Assembly (NCBI GenBank): GCA_040954595.2
Contig: CM082578.2
Location: 7,115,519-7,179,518 of the forward strand
DNA length: 64,000 nucleotides
Origin: Balanoglossus misakiensis
Taxonomy: Eukaryota > Animalia > Hemichordata
Direction of reading: 5' to 3'
This document shows positions 30,501 to 41,052 of the stretch, one piece after another (within the stretch, counting starts at the first letter, position 1; each line of letters begins with the position of its first letter). The notes under the pieces were generated by a model that saw only the letters and a list, made by a program, of their open reading frames with translations, was not told the DNA's origin and did no database searches. Position numbers and translations under genes: made by a program.

Positions 30501-33500
30501 GTCTGGTCATTTGCCATTGTGTAGTTTCTCGCCACCCGTAAATGGGGGCATGCGGTCACACGTTGCGTGCAGTGCGGTCACGTCTTTGCCAGCAGGGCGT
30601 TACTTTGACGCCGAATTCATGGCTTATTCGCTGTTGAGTTTTACGGTTGCACAAGTTGAGCACACAAGTGGTGTTTGACCCCAAGGTCAGCGGTCAGCAC
30701 CTCAACTCCTCGGTCAGCCCACTTCAACAATCTCGTTTGGGAACAAAATTGAAAACAGTTAAAAAGAAGGTTGCCTGCGAAACATATGGAGTGGCAAATT
30801 TAGAGATAATTTGGTGTCCCCTTTCCATGATATCAGAGAGACTGACTGTTGCATGATTTGAAATTAGCTCGTGCCATTGCTGTGGTATTCACATAATTGA
30901 GAGTTAACTTATCAAAGCCTAACCTTGAGAAGATTAAGCAATAATACATGTCCATGATTGCATAGACGAGTAAATGAACATATCCTTCAATGTGTTTGAT
31001 TCAGACTTCCGGATAAACTTACCACCTCTCTATTGCATTTCTGGGGTGATCTACATCTTTATTAATGATGCAGTACGTAACTGTATATAGCTGTGATTGA
31101 TGTCATGGAAAAAACTTGTCGAATTAAGGATTGGGCCTTTTTATTCAAATGAAAGCAGTATGAACATCTGTTACTTGGGTTTCTTGGCCAGTTTATTGAA
31201 ATCACAATGAACCATAGGCTGGTTGATTTATGCGCAGCGTTCTACCCAATCATTTGACTACAAATACAACTGAAAATTCCACCCATGAAATATGAAATAT
31301 TGTTTGGTATGGCAAGGCTGAAACCATTTATGGGAAATGGGTGAGGGGGTGAATGCTATGTACAATGTACACCACTTTACAATGAATGGTAAAATGTTAC
31401 CTGAAAAAATAGACATTTGTCAAAATGATACACACGGTTGCAAATAGGTTAAACGTACCCCTCTCCAAGGGACTATGCTTTGTCTACCAGTTGATATGAT
31501 TTTAGAATAATGTACATTTGATCTGACGTGTAGTGTGTTTACCCCAGGGAAGCCACATGTATTTCCAACATAACACTTCCTTCGTTTCCTGATCTCATTT
31601 TGATAGCGCCTGGGTGATGCTGTTTACAATTAGGCATCTGGTTAAAGCAGGGGGGGGGTTGCAATGGCACCTGTGTGCCTGTATGTGTAGAAGAAGCAGG
31701 TCAGCTGACTGTTGAACTGACATTGACCTTCATTTGGCATCCATTGGTTTTGTGACATGATTCAACGTGGCTTATGGTATTTTATCAATTATTTTTCTTC
31801 CATATCCATGACAACACATACATGCAGCTTTGTATGGAAGCCCCGTAATTACTCTTTAAATGATTGCTGTTTACTTAAAACGCCGCCTTGGCGATGCCAG
31901 CCCACCCAAATGTACAACAAAAGTTGTAGTCATAGACAGATGTGGTTACCACTAGTCTACCAGTGCCATCATTTCTCATCCATGACTGAACTGATTTCAA
32001 ATTATTCAAGTTGGTGACAAAATAATACCGGATGGCTGTCTGACATTTACATCCAATTTCTTTTCACTGGTGGCTATCAGTGGGGATGTATATAGCCTCC
32101 CTTCTTCACTGAGGGTTAATGCCAGGAAGAGACTTCATTTCATTTCATTCATTCAGAATTAAATATCTGATTTGTTCAGTCACTTACCACATCCAGACAA
32201 TTTCTAGTAGATGCCCCAATAAAACCATAATAACTGTAATACCTAGTTTTTCATAATATGTAAATGTCTTGGGTATTTTATTCTATTTTTTATTTTCATT
32301 TAATCCATCATCCAACGGGCAAGTATTTGCTCCATGGGTGGCTTAATAACATATTTCCTGTATTGTACTGCTTTCATCTGTGGTATTCATCTTGACAAGA
32401 TCTATTTTAAATATACATGGACATATTTAATGACTTTTAAAAAACATATTGTTTACATGACCTTGTGTAATTACCACATCCATGCAGATTTGCCAACCGA
32501 AGGCCCGAACGAAATTAAAACGGAGCTTAATTGCCAGTTGGAAAGCAACTTTCTAAATTTAGCTCGACATCAAAACTGTCACGTATGAGAAGCGAGACAC
32601 AGCAGGATAGTGTGTATTTTATACTTTGGTGTAGAAAAAATGATCAGACTACATGTAATTCTACAGAATGTAAATGTATGTGAGACAAGTGGTTTGTACA
32701 TGACCATCTGCTGGAAATATTTCCCAGTTCTGACCCGAAAACACAGGATAGGTTCTAGACTATACTCGCACAACCTATGACATTTAAACAAGTGCGTCCA
32801 TATTTATTTTACCACGCTGGGTGTACAAGTTAAAGAGGGGATATGATATACAGATAGACACAACTGTACAGACAGTCTACCCTTGCTTTGCGAAAGAGAT
32901 ATGTCGTGGTTCGGATTATTATGGAAGTGAGTGCAGAATGCATGCACAAACAGAGGGGAACGGCAGATCCAGTATCGAATCCTGAACTGCATAACAAATA
33001 ACAAAAGTATAAGCCCACCATTCACTAGTTTGCTTAGCACTCTCTCAGCGTATCAAATTGATCTCCCACAATACGGTCAAAGTAAACAGAAATATGGTAT
33101 CACATTTGGTTTTATTCATGTGGGATCTATATATACCCCGTTGAGGTATGTTAAGTATGTGTGTACCCAACATACCAGCACTTTATGTGCCTGCAACAAA
33201 AAATGGTTACGTAATTGTCATAATAAGCTGAAATGTGCAGCATATTCGAGGGGGGGGGGGGGATTCTGTTGTATCGGACCCTCCCACACACACACGTACA
33301 TACACACACGTTCCATCTACATGTGTGAGTGTTAACTTTTTATTTGGCAATACAAGATACTCACAAACTCTTTTTTTGTTATTTCAATTTTTTCACAGTG
33401 TCTGAGAAGGAGGATCAATTGCATGGAGACATTGAAAGTGTTCCTCACAAGGATGATGATGGTGGCTTTGGAGAATACAAGGGAAAGTGAGTGTCACTCT

Positions 33501-35868
33501 AATGTTATTATTAAGCCTTTCACCCCCAGTTCCCTCTTGGAGAGGTCCAATCGTACCATAGAACAACACAGTGGGATTGGACTGAACCATGGTAGTGAGA
33601 GGGTTAAATGCTAGGGTAGCCTGCCTGGGTGTTGACAGTGGTTTCAGATGCACAATCAAGAGTTTGGATGTGATCGAAAAGCAACATCCTACATGAACAT
33701 CAGTGGGGGGGGGGGGGGGGGGGGGGGGAAGAAACTCTCGCGAAAAGTCGCGGAACTCAAATGACTTTCAGAGTTCATGGACCCTGTGTGTCAACCTCTG
33801 GAGTCAGTAACCCGACTAGCGTCTGAAAGTGAATCCGAAAATTGAATCAGTGGCAGTTTACGTTACTAACGAGAAACATGCACTGATAATTCGATGTGTT
33901 GTTTAGCCGACAGCAAGTGCGGCAAATCGCTAAATAAATGGGACAGAAAAGACTGGCAAATGCCGGATTTAAGTCTGGCCACTAAATCATTGATAGTCGG
34001 GATATTTTGTGCAGCGATTACTGTGCATATGTGATATTTGATAACTCGGCCAGCTCATGCAGGCTGGCATTTGCGTGTGTAATGGTGACCCAGAAATATC
34101 CTATGATGTCACAACTTCATGAAAATTTTCTCGTGCCAGTCAAGTCAGCGTGAAGTACCCCGGTGTTGATTGGCTGAAGTGTCGGGTGGCGCTGGAAAAA
34201 CATCTCCCCGAGTGCCAACACGCTGCTGCTCTGATTCACTGTTTGCAGTTGTGTCAATTTTGCCTGGAAAGAACGTGTTGCTGACAGGTTTACACACAGG
34301 GCGACAGTCTATTTTTATACATAATGTCTGTTTGTACATCTGTCTCTGTGATTATAGTGCGAACTTTCCAGTCCTACATTCTCACAACAGTACATTTCAT
34401 GTGAACTGTCTGGTGTGAAAACAGACACGCTCAAAAGTTTTGCTCTTACTTCACTCCGTGGTGACCCTTGAAATATAACAACAACAAAAAAGTTTCATTT
34501 CAGTAGAGTATTCCCCAGAACAGGATGACATATAATACATGCATGTTCACGACAAATATTCACGACAAATGTAAAACCTATGCAGAAAAACATTCAATAT
34601 ACCATTTTGTTTCTGGCTGTTCTATAAGGATATCTTACCTGCAAAGATAAAGTGACATATTATTTCTGCTTTAGTTCACAAACCCTGTCAAGTAAAAAAA
34701 GTAATAAGTTAAGAAAACATTTGCAGAATTAATTTACAGTAATCGACACAATTTTACTGTAAATGATATCAAAGTACTTCGTGAGAAAAGAAACCATAGC
34801 CAGTCATTGTGTACTCTATAAACATGGTCTCAATAAAACCAGTTCTCATCTGGTTCCAAAACACATGACCGACTTGTGCTTGTCGCAGTGCTGTATCCAC
34901 GACAACACCAGTCGCTGTACACACCCTCTACTTGACCGGCAAATCATGGAATCATCTCAGTTATGTGACCTTGTTAGAGATTGAGTTTCGCTTTCAAGTA
35001 GCGCGCGGACTTTTTTTTGATGAATTCTGCGGCATGCAGATGCTGGTTTCTATTTCAGAGCCGCTGTTTGATTACGTGTTCTAAAATGCTAAAATGGCTG
35101 AGACACCGAGTGCAGTGCCTGTAAATATTGTCTGAGTCTGCAACAGCTGTCCTGCAGACGTTTGTGGCGCCCAGTGGCAGGTCAACCTTGAAGACTACTC
35201 ATGATCATGTCAGCATTGTCAGTGACAGAGCGCAACAAATGCGCAAATTTTTTAAAGAATGAACATGACTGTGCAGTGTGCTAACGAAACTGTTTCATCA
35301 TCATGGCTATACAAAGATAAACACACACACACACTCGTGTACATTATCATGTAAAAAGAGTTGTATAGTATTGCATGGCTTTCAGTGTAAGCCACACTGA
35401 CTATGATGGTGATGTGGTGGTGGTAGGGTTAATGATGATGATGATGAGGAGGAGGACAGATGATGATGATGATGATGATGATGGTGATGACGACGACGAG
35501 GTGGAGGAGAATGACAGATGATGGTTGTGACTTGTGGTGATGATAGATGGTGATTATGATGATAATCAAACCCTTGTCAACATAATGTAGCTACAACATT
35601 CTCTAACTCACTGTTTTATGTGTTTCTACGTACTTGCAGGGACTCCCCTGACACAGTGGACCCCAGCAAGAAGCCAGACACAGGCAGTCTGAGCAGCCGA
35701 AGAAGCGGCGACACAGACAGCATGGCCGAGTACGGAGATGGAGAGACCGGCCAGTTCAACGAGGACGGCTCCTTCATCGGACAGTACGGCGACGAGAAGA
35801 AGAGGAAACAGGAGCAGGCGGCTGAAACAGACGCCTCCTCACCCGCTGCCTTCTCCACGTTTGTCTAA
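3186..35868 (+). CDS. L1CAM: L1-family cell adhesion molecule (neuroglian/NrCAM/neurofascin-like), spliced gene span, 22 core coding exons, ~1252 aa
   Basis: All 22 exons join with GT-AG sites and compatible phases (3759 nt including stop). Architecture is SP-6Ig-5FN3-TM-cytoplasmic tail. The TM/juxtamembrane [31 protein letters not shown] and tail [12 protein letters not shown] are diagnostic. The symbol is family-level (likely co-ortholog of L1CAM/NRCAM/NFASC/CHL1). Confidence 0.95.
3812..3903. mobile_element. piggyBac-like ~85-bp MITE, family A
   Basis: TTAA-CCCTTTC...GAAAGGG-TTAA. Related copies at 14437, 21975, 33511, 55073, 60446 and 61490. Confidence 0.75.
6536..6773. repeat. Compound microsatellite (CCAT)n-(ACAT)n
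   Basis: Direct reading; explains the HPSI/HTYI/MYVC ORFs. Confidence 0.98.
9197..9253 (+). CDS. Candidate alternative 57-nt exon ([19 protein letters not shown]) between signal peptide and Ig1
   Basis: About 138-nt AG-free tract with branch-like CCTAAC, acacag acceptor, CAG/gtaccc donor. Phase 1-1, open frame. Confidence 0.55.
9735..10059. mobile_element. TTAA-flanked MITE (Kolobok-like termini)
   Basis: TTAA-AGGGACAAAA...TTTTGTCCCT-TTAA. Confidence 0.6.
11838..11946 (+). CDS. L1-like exon, Ig1 N-half ([36 protein letters not shown])
   Basis: caacag/.../gtaggt, phase 1-2, Ig Cys motif. Confidence 0.92.
11991..12019. repeat. (TG)n microsatellite
   Basis: Direct reading. Confidence 0.95.
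12485..12663 (+). CDS. L1-like exon, Ig1 C-half (YEWRKDG...[18 protein letters not shown])
   Basis: cctcag/.../gtaagt, phase 2-1, DxGxYxC motif. Confidence 0.95.
13251..13541 (+). CDS. L1-like exon, Ig2
   Basis: caacag/.../gtaaat, phase 1-1; [16 protein letters not shown]...DGNLIFAN...GQYYC. Confidence 0.95.
14135..14143 (+). CDS. Candidate 9-nt microexon (GGAGTGCAG; adds G-S-A) in the Ig2-Ig3 hinge
   Basis: About 180-nt AG-free pyrimidine-rich tract (13951-14132), ctacag acceptor, CAG/gtagta donor, phase 1-1. Confidence 0.55.
14437..14529. mobile_element. MITE family A copy
   Basis: TTAACCCTTTCACC...GGTGAAAGGGTTCA, same internal sequence as the 3812 copy. Confidence 0.72.
15552..15657 (+). 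CDS. L1-like exon, Ig3 N-half
   Basis: cttgcag/.../gtgagt, phase 1-2; [16 protein letters not shown]. Confidence 0.93.
16178..16365 (+). CDS. L1-like exon, Ig3 C-half
   Basis: ttcctag/.../gtaatt, phase 2-1; PTPEIVWER...[11 protein letters not shown]. Confidence 0.93.
16534..16700. mobile_element. MITE family B, degenerate copy
   Basis: TTAAAGGTACACAGTAACC left end plus AGCCAAT and CCATATATGGGC internal blocks. Confidence 0.55.
16755..16892 (+). CDS. L1-like exon, Ig4 N-half
   Basis: gacag/.../gtgagg, phase 1-1; AAPFWEEDP...[17 protein letters not shown]. Confidence 0.93.
17407..17544 (+). CDS. L1-like exon, Ig4 C-half
   Basis: ccgtag/.../gtaagt, phase 1-1; NPRRRIQGD...[14 protein letters not shown]. 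Confidence 0.93.
18000..18127 (+). CDS. L1-like exon, Ig5 N-half
   Basis: caccag/.../gtaggt, phase 1-0; [15 protein letters not shown]. Confidence 0.93.
18432..18576 (+). CDS. L1-like exon, Ig5 C-half
   Basis: ttccag/.../gtatgt, phase 0-1; NGTLIIS...[13 protein letters not shown]. Confidence 0.93.
18926..19210 (+). CDS. L1-like exon, Ig6
   Basis: tcgcag/.../gtaagt, phase 1-1; AEFKCSV...[11 protein letters not shown]. Confidence 0.94.
19705..19889. mobile_element. TTAA-flanked MITE, family B (Kolobok-like termini)
   Basis: TTAA TSD, perfect 15-bp TIR AGGTATACAGTCACC. Confidence 0.8.
19978..20348 (+). CDS. L1-like exon, FN3-1 and start of FN3-2
   Basis: cgtcag/.../gtgagt, phase 1-0; NNSPLEKY...[18 protein letters not shown]. 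Confidence 0.95.
20461..20652. mobile_element. MITE family B copy
   Basis: Alignable throughout to 19705-19889, same orientation. Confidence 0.78.
20836..21064 (+). CDS. L1-like exon, FN3-2 C-part
   Basis: ccgtag/.../gtaaat, phase 0-1; EHNGVGFYY...TPTFTPYEI...GFSGED. Confidence 0.95.
21590..21705 (+). CDS. L1-like exon, FN3-3 N-half
   Basis: acacag/.../gtatgt, phase 1-0; VQGVLLGYK. Confidence 0.93.
21975..22277. mobile_element. MITE family A copy interrupted by a family C element
   Basis: Family A ends (CCCTTTCACC...GTGAAAGGGTTAA) flank the 22029-22228 element. Confidence 0.65.
22029..22228. mobile_element. Tc1/mariner-like MITE, family C
   Basis: TA TSD, TIRs CTGTAcAACACTTTATTTTCGCG; close copy at 40862-41052. 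Confidence 0.8.
22370..22568 (+). CDS. L1-like exon, FN3-3 C-half with RQKR site
   Basis: tgacag/.../gtgagt, phase 0-1; [16 protein letters not shown]...[10 protein letters not shown]...FRTPQG. Confidence 0.92.
22626..22778. mobile_element. pogo/Tigger-like MITE
   Basis: TA-CAGTGAAACC...GGTTTCACAG-TA with internal GGACACCT repeats. Confidence 0.65.
23126..23245 (+). CDS. L1-like exon, FN3-4 N-half
   Basis: tttcag/.../gtgagt, phase 1-1; [16 protein letters not shown]. Confidence 0.93.
23384..23560 (+). CDS. L1-like exon, FN3-4 C-half
   Basis: tcgtag/.../gtgagt, phase 1-1; [16 protein letters not shown]. Confidence 0.9.
23588..23690. repeat. Imperfect (TG)n microsatellite
   Basis: Direct reading. 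Confidence 0.95.
23932..24082. mobile_element. pogo/Tigger-like MITE
   Basis: TA-CAGTCAAA...TTTGACTG-TA. Confidence 0.6.
24254..24379 (+). CDS. L1-like exon, FN3-5 N-half
   Basis: ctacag/.../gtaagg, phase 1-1; DSTMNVTW...KYVVMYK. Confidence 0.9.
24491..24539. repeat. (GAT)n microsatellite
   Basis: Direct reading; explains the poly-M and poly-I ORFs. Confidence 0.97.
26298..26468 (+). CDS. L1-like exon, FN3-5 C-half
   Basis: ccgcag/.../gtaaag, phase 1-1; [18 protein letters not shown]. Confidence 0.92.
29761..29892 (+). CDS. L1-like exon, transmembrane and juxtamembrane
   Basis: ttacag/.../gtgagt, phase 1-1; [32 protein letters not shown]. Confidence 0.96.
33399..33486 (+). CDS. L1-like exon, cytoplasmic ([29 protein letters not shown])
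   Basis: tcacag/.../gtgagt, phase 1-2; VxEKE...FGEY is conserved in the family. Confidence 0.93.
33511..33607. mobile_element. MITE family A copy
   Basis: TTAAgCCTTTCACC...GTGAgAGGGTTAA. Confidence 0.7.
33704..33728. repeat. Poly-G tract (~25 nt)
   Basis: Direct reading. Confidence 0.95.
35402..35565. repeat. Degenerate GAT/GGT/GAG trinucleotide low-complexity tract in the last intron
   Basis: Direct reading. Confidence 0.85.
35640..35868 (+). CDS. L1-like last coding exon, ankyrin-binding FIGQY and C-terminal STFV
   Basis: ttgcag acceptor, phase 2; [24 protein letters not shown]...STFV-TAA. Confidence 0.96.
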
Positions 35869-38704
35869 GAAAACAAAAAGTACTGTACGCTACCACCCCC
35901 GTAGATTTACTGAAATGTCATCAAAGGAAGAGAGAGAGAGTAATCAGTTTTAATACTAGAACGTGATTTTGATATGGAAAGGGTGGTAACGAAGAAAAAA
36001 ATCAACGAAAGGCAGCTAAAATAATGCCCAGTTCCTGTGGAGGAAGTCAGTGCTTGTGTGTTTTCAAGATGTCACCATTATCTTTGTGGTGTATGTTGTG
36101 TATTATTTCCTCGGGTGAAGATTCCCAGCCATGCTGTAGAGAGAGAAACAAAAAAACAAATCGTACAAACAGTGAAATTGGTCGTATTACACGTTTTATT
36201 CGCATCAGTATGTGTATACCAAGACTTTTGCATTCACCAACTAGATGTCATCAGTGACGCGTTTAATAACAGTGTGTCATCTTTTTTATGTATTTTGAAT
36301 CGTTCTGGTTGTCAGTATATCTCACTGTACTCCTAAATTGCACTCGGACTGAAAATAGTCAACATTTGACGGTGTGTAAATCCGAGCCCTGGAAACACAC
36401 CTCCCACACCTGAAGTCCCTGGAAAAAAAATGAATGGAAGATTGCAACCATCTGATCCTAGGTCAGAGGTTATAGGTCAAACAAGAGGGACAGTGGGCAG
36501 GTGATCTATAAAAAACATCAAAAACAAGTAATGACTTCATCCAATAAGGACATAGCATTTGTTTCCAATTACATAACACAAATAATAAATGAATAAATAA
36601 TGCTGATCATTTTATATTTCTTTGAAGAATTCAAGAAAAAAAAAACAATAACTTTGTAATCACTTTTCAGTATAAAAATTGCCAACAAGTAACTTACTGC
36701 TTAAGAAAATCATAGCAATGCCAGCATTGACGTTTTCATCTGCAGCATTTCAAGTATAACAGAATAAAAGCGTCTCTCGGTTGATCTAAGTCCTTTGTGT
36801 GTCTAATACTGTATATTTTTACTTTTATTTTTGACACGGGGCAACACACAATGTTAGACTTCTTCCGAGCGGACGTCTTTTGGACTAAAGAGTATTTATT
36901 ATTTTCTTTTTCTTCTTCGTTACTTGGAATGCTGCAGTGTCTTATTGAAATATTAGGTTTTAGTCTTATTAAGTTTGAAAATTCTTTATGCAGAGATTTA
37001 TAATTCAATATTTTTTACAAAGTTCTTTGCTCTTATTTCGAAGATTGTATATGTTAGTGTCTACTTCGTGGTGTCTCCAAATTGCCCCGTTTTGTTTTGT
37101 TGTTGTTTTTTTCTCACCAAGACAAATCTGAGAGGCGTATTCATCATGAATTTGTGAAATTCTTAATTTAGGAGAGATATTTTTAGGAGATACATCCATA
37201 ATTCTCACTTTTGGAATAATTCAAGTTAGCCTCAAGACTAAGCACATTACCCCGTAGTTTTATTTATCAGAAGATACTCGAATATTTAGAAGTTGCATTT
37301 CACACCACAGCTGATCATTTAGAGTTATATATAACCGTTGCATTACCAGTATAGAGTTAGGTCATTTAAAAGTTGGTACATAGTACAGCTTACTGAGGAC
37401 TGTAGTAGTATTTTGAGAACTCACAGAGAGAAGGAAAATTACTGATATTTGAAGAAAAAAATAATTACTGACCAAGATATCCGTGTTTAATTAAGTTACT
37501 CTTGTAATACAAGTGCTCATTGATGTTTGTTATCTGAAATCCGCGAGTGCTGAGAAGATTTTTTTCTTGAAACTTGTACAGTGCTGCTTTTGTTGTTTGT
37601 TTTAAATGTGTACCGTCATCCACGTGTAACTATTTGGTATTTTAACTGTGAAAAGAGAAGCCAAGGCATAGCCAGGCAATTGTGGGGAGGGGAGGGGAGG
37701 GGGAGATTTTGTGTCGTTTTATCCATGCATGCATGCGCACACTGGACTTCATATAGTGTAGTGTACGTTCAACCATGGATTTTCGTAGTCATTTTATAGA
37801 TTGGATGTTAATTAAAATCAAGTGTCATTATTCAAGAAGACTGTTACGTTGCTTCCATTCTTCAGCGTCCGACTTAATACTGAATTTTTTGTAGGTGTCT
37901 CGTTAAAATAAGTAGAACACTTCCAGCTGTTGGTAGGAACCGTCGTTAAATTTGAGAGACAGAGACAGACAATATCTGTTGTCCATGTGATGGAGCTTGG
38001 GAGGCGTAAACCAGTTGGTTGAAGATAGTGCCTTTGGGGTCGAGCTCGTTCATCTTGCCAATATCTCAATTTCCTTCTCCAAATTTATCCTGGTTCAACC
38101 TGTACAGTTTAATGGGAATTTTTTTGTACAAATAGGACGTAGAAAAAAAATACACTGTGCTCCGCTGGTCAAAAAAAATCACGCTTTTTATTGTAAGAGT
38201 TATGTCAATTTTACTGCCACTTCTCTGTAAAATTTTAATGGTTGAGCTAGGAAATTTAACGCTATTGATATAATAAGGATTTTACTGAAATTGTTTTTAT
38301 GTGGACTGACAGTTCTGCTTCTGTAGGGGTGGTGTCACATGCATGTGCAATTATTGGAGAAAACAATGAACACGCAGTAGTTCGTACACGCTGTATAGAT
38401 GGTTAGACACCACTCACAAAAAAATGAAATGTTGCTGTTCACCTCAGCAATTAAAATAATCTGTGGATCAGGTTTATGTCGGGTACAAAAAAGCAACATG
38501 ATGGTTTTGATTCCAGGCAAATAGAGAAAAAAAAGACATCTCATTTTTTCATTCATAGTAGTTGTGGTTACTGTATTCCAAGAATGCCTTGATTATAAGT
38601 TCAGAAATCACTGGGTTTTAAAATTTGTTATTATTATAATAGTACTCATTGATGTATTTCCAATTCATCGATCATTACAATTACAGGAGATGTTATCTGT
38701 AGCT

Positions 38705-38710
38705 AATAAA
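38705..38710 (+). terminator. Candidate polyadenylation signal of the L1-like gene (~2.85 kb 3'UTR)
   Basis: AATAAA followed by a GT-rich downstream tract (38740-38775). Other AATAAA hexamers lie near 36584-36597. Confidence 0.45.
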
Positions 38711-40219
38711 TTTGTTGTTGTGTGAAAAAAAGTGTAGTCTCTGTGTGTCAGTGTGTGTGTGTTTGTGTACGTGTCTCCAGTCAGCAAACCAATTCTGTGT
38801 CCAGTTTATACTATGACCTCTTTCTGTATACGATCGCGACCACTTTCAACATATGCTACACCACAAGTTGTGTAAATTATTGCAACAATATTTGAACACT
38901 CCCGTCGGTCTGACTTTTTAGTACTTTGTTTATATTTTTGTTCATACTTTATATTTTTAGACCACACACAGTATTGTGTTATTAACTGGACACAAAAGGA
39001 AACCTTATGTCTGTACACGTGTACGTTAATTATGTTGGGGAAATTATATTTAGATCCCGTGGCTGGATTGCTCTTTTTTCTTGGTAATTACAGCACACTG
39101 CACTGTTTGGCAGTCGATCAACACAGTTCAAATACAGGACAAGTTTATAGACATTCTCAGAATATATGTGTTCAAAAGAAACAAAAGCATCTGCACATTC
39201 ACGATGATCAGGGTCATGACACAAAAACACGCCAACATGCACGCACATTACTGAGACGCACTACTGTGTAAATGTGTAAGGGGATACATGCAATTTTTGT
39301 AAGTCCTTCAAAACTACAGTATTCGCTGATACATTTTATAGCCCACACTAAAACTAGGATCTTTGAATGTTTCACATTGGACCCAATAATGAGCTCTTCT
39401 CTTCATGGCTACTCTCTCATTAATGAACAATGTTTAATTGGGAAAAAAGCTCTTTTTTTTCTTTAAAAAGCCCCAAATGAAATGTTTCATTTGCATTTTT
39501 TTTTTATATATCCACCATACAGACGACGGAATAAGCAGAATAAGGTTGACAGCCACTCTGGTTTGCTTTCCGAGGTCTTTGTTACATGTACACAACTTGT
39601 AGAATGATACATTTCACCTTGAAGTATAGTTAATACCTTTTGGTATCTGAATTGAAAGACAGCGGGATGCAGATTCTATTATCTGCTCTTGTCGTGTCTG
39701 TGAATCCACCAGGGAAGAACTGACTTTACATTTCTGGACAATTTATGACGTCAACTGAATGTTATTAAAAAAAAATCAATTTTTTTTTACTTTTGACACC
39801 ATATGAAACTGAAATATCATTCCATTTTGCCACATCATAAGGTTGGAATTCTGCCAAGTATTCTCTTTTGATATCAATTCTATTATGAACAACTGTAGAA
39901 ATTACCAAAATACAATATGTACCTTTGTGTATGGGTATTGAGGTGGGCCTATTTTCCTCAAGATAATTACTTAATTTTTCTGATATACTTTCACGTGGTA
40001 GAGTGACTAAGGGATGAAAACTGGAGTACAGCATGGGTCACTGTCTTCAAAACAGAAATAGATATTCACATGAAGGACATAGCTAATGGCATTTCTGAAG
40101 AATGAAAAGATTGTGTATATGTTTTCGTGGTGTGATGTTTGTACCGATGAAATCAGATTTCACAACCTTGAATGACAAATAGGAAGCAGAATCCTCATGT
40201 CAATACACTATGTGGCTTT

Positions 40220-40414
40220 ATACAAGTCACTGAAATATACATCTAGTCATGCCACCGTTACCATGGATACTAGAGATCAAGCCAAGCAGTGGTTTCCAGG
40301 GAGCCAGATAAAAAAGAGTGCACCATATCTCATGGTCTGAGAACATTTGTATGTACACGCCCCTTTAAACCATATGTGGGGATATATGAATTTTAGGTGA
40401 CCATACACCTTTAA
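40220..40414. mobile_element. MITE family B, degenerate copy
   Basis: GTTACCATGG and AAAAAAGAGTGCACCATAT blocks; right end GGTGACCATACACCTTTAA. Confidence 0.5.
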
Positions 40415-40861
40415 TCCCAACCCATTCAAATATGTCTTAATAGTCTCTCTCCATTTCCTGTCTCCATGTGAAGTATATGTAATTGCAGTGTAGCCATTTT
40501 CATGTCAATGACCTCTTGCATGACTTGTTTGAATATTCAAATTAAGAAACCACCACATCGATAATGTTTACCTGGATGGTTGCATGTTTATCACAGCCCA
40601 CATTTTTCACTCAAATTAATTATTGTGTATATTTTAAAATTTGATGAAATTAGATATTTATTTGAATGAAATATATGAAGGGGAACCCCCAGAGTCGAGT
40701 GTTCAGCTGTGTTTATGACACACTGGATAAATACTCCAGTTTCTGAAATTACACATTTTTTGCTGGTCATGCTGTCTGGATGATTCTTGAAATGACCATT
40801 AGGTCTTGCAATATGACACGGCAGATGTGAACACATCATAGATGTAACCTGGCCTTTAATA

Positions 40862-41052
40862 CTGTAAAACACTTTATTTTCGTGATATCGAGAGAGGCCT
40901 CTGTTTCGCGAGTATTAATTTTCACGTATTCTTATTTCATTCACTGCATCGTTATCTTCCAAAATAATTACGCAACTTTTTATTTTCACGCTATTTTGGC
41001 TCTCGCATATTTGGCGAAAATTTATTGCTCGCTAAAATAAAGTGTTTTACAG
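40862..41052. mobile_element. Tc1/mariner-like MITE, family C copy
   Basis: TA-CTGTAAAACACTTTATTTT...AAAATAAAGTGTTTTACAG-TA. Confidence 0.8.

Noticed and set aside
30190-30640. CpG-rich intronic patch as an enhancer or TE
   Set aside because: No TIR, TSD, second copy or clear motif; it cannot be called from sequence alone.
34249-34287. 39-nt in-frame phase 2-2 exon candidate in the RSLE-position intron
   Set aside because: Weak donor (gtttac), short pyrimidine tract and no family similarity.
35402-35565. Possible acidic D/E-rich coding insert
   Set aside because: No bounding splice sites; it is degenerate trinucleotide repeat in an intron.
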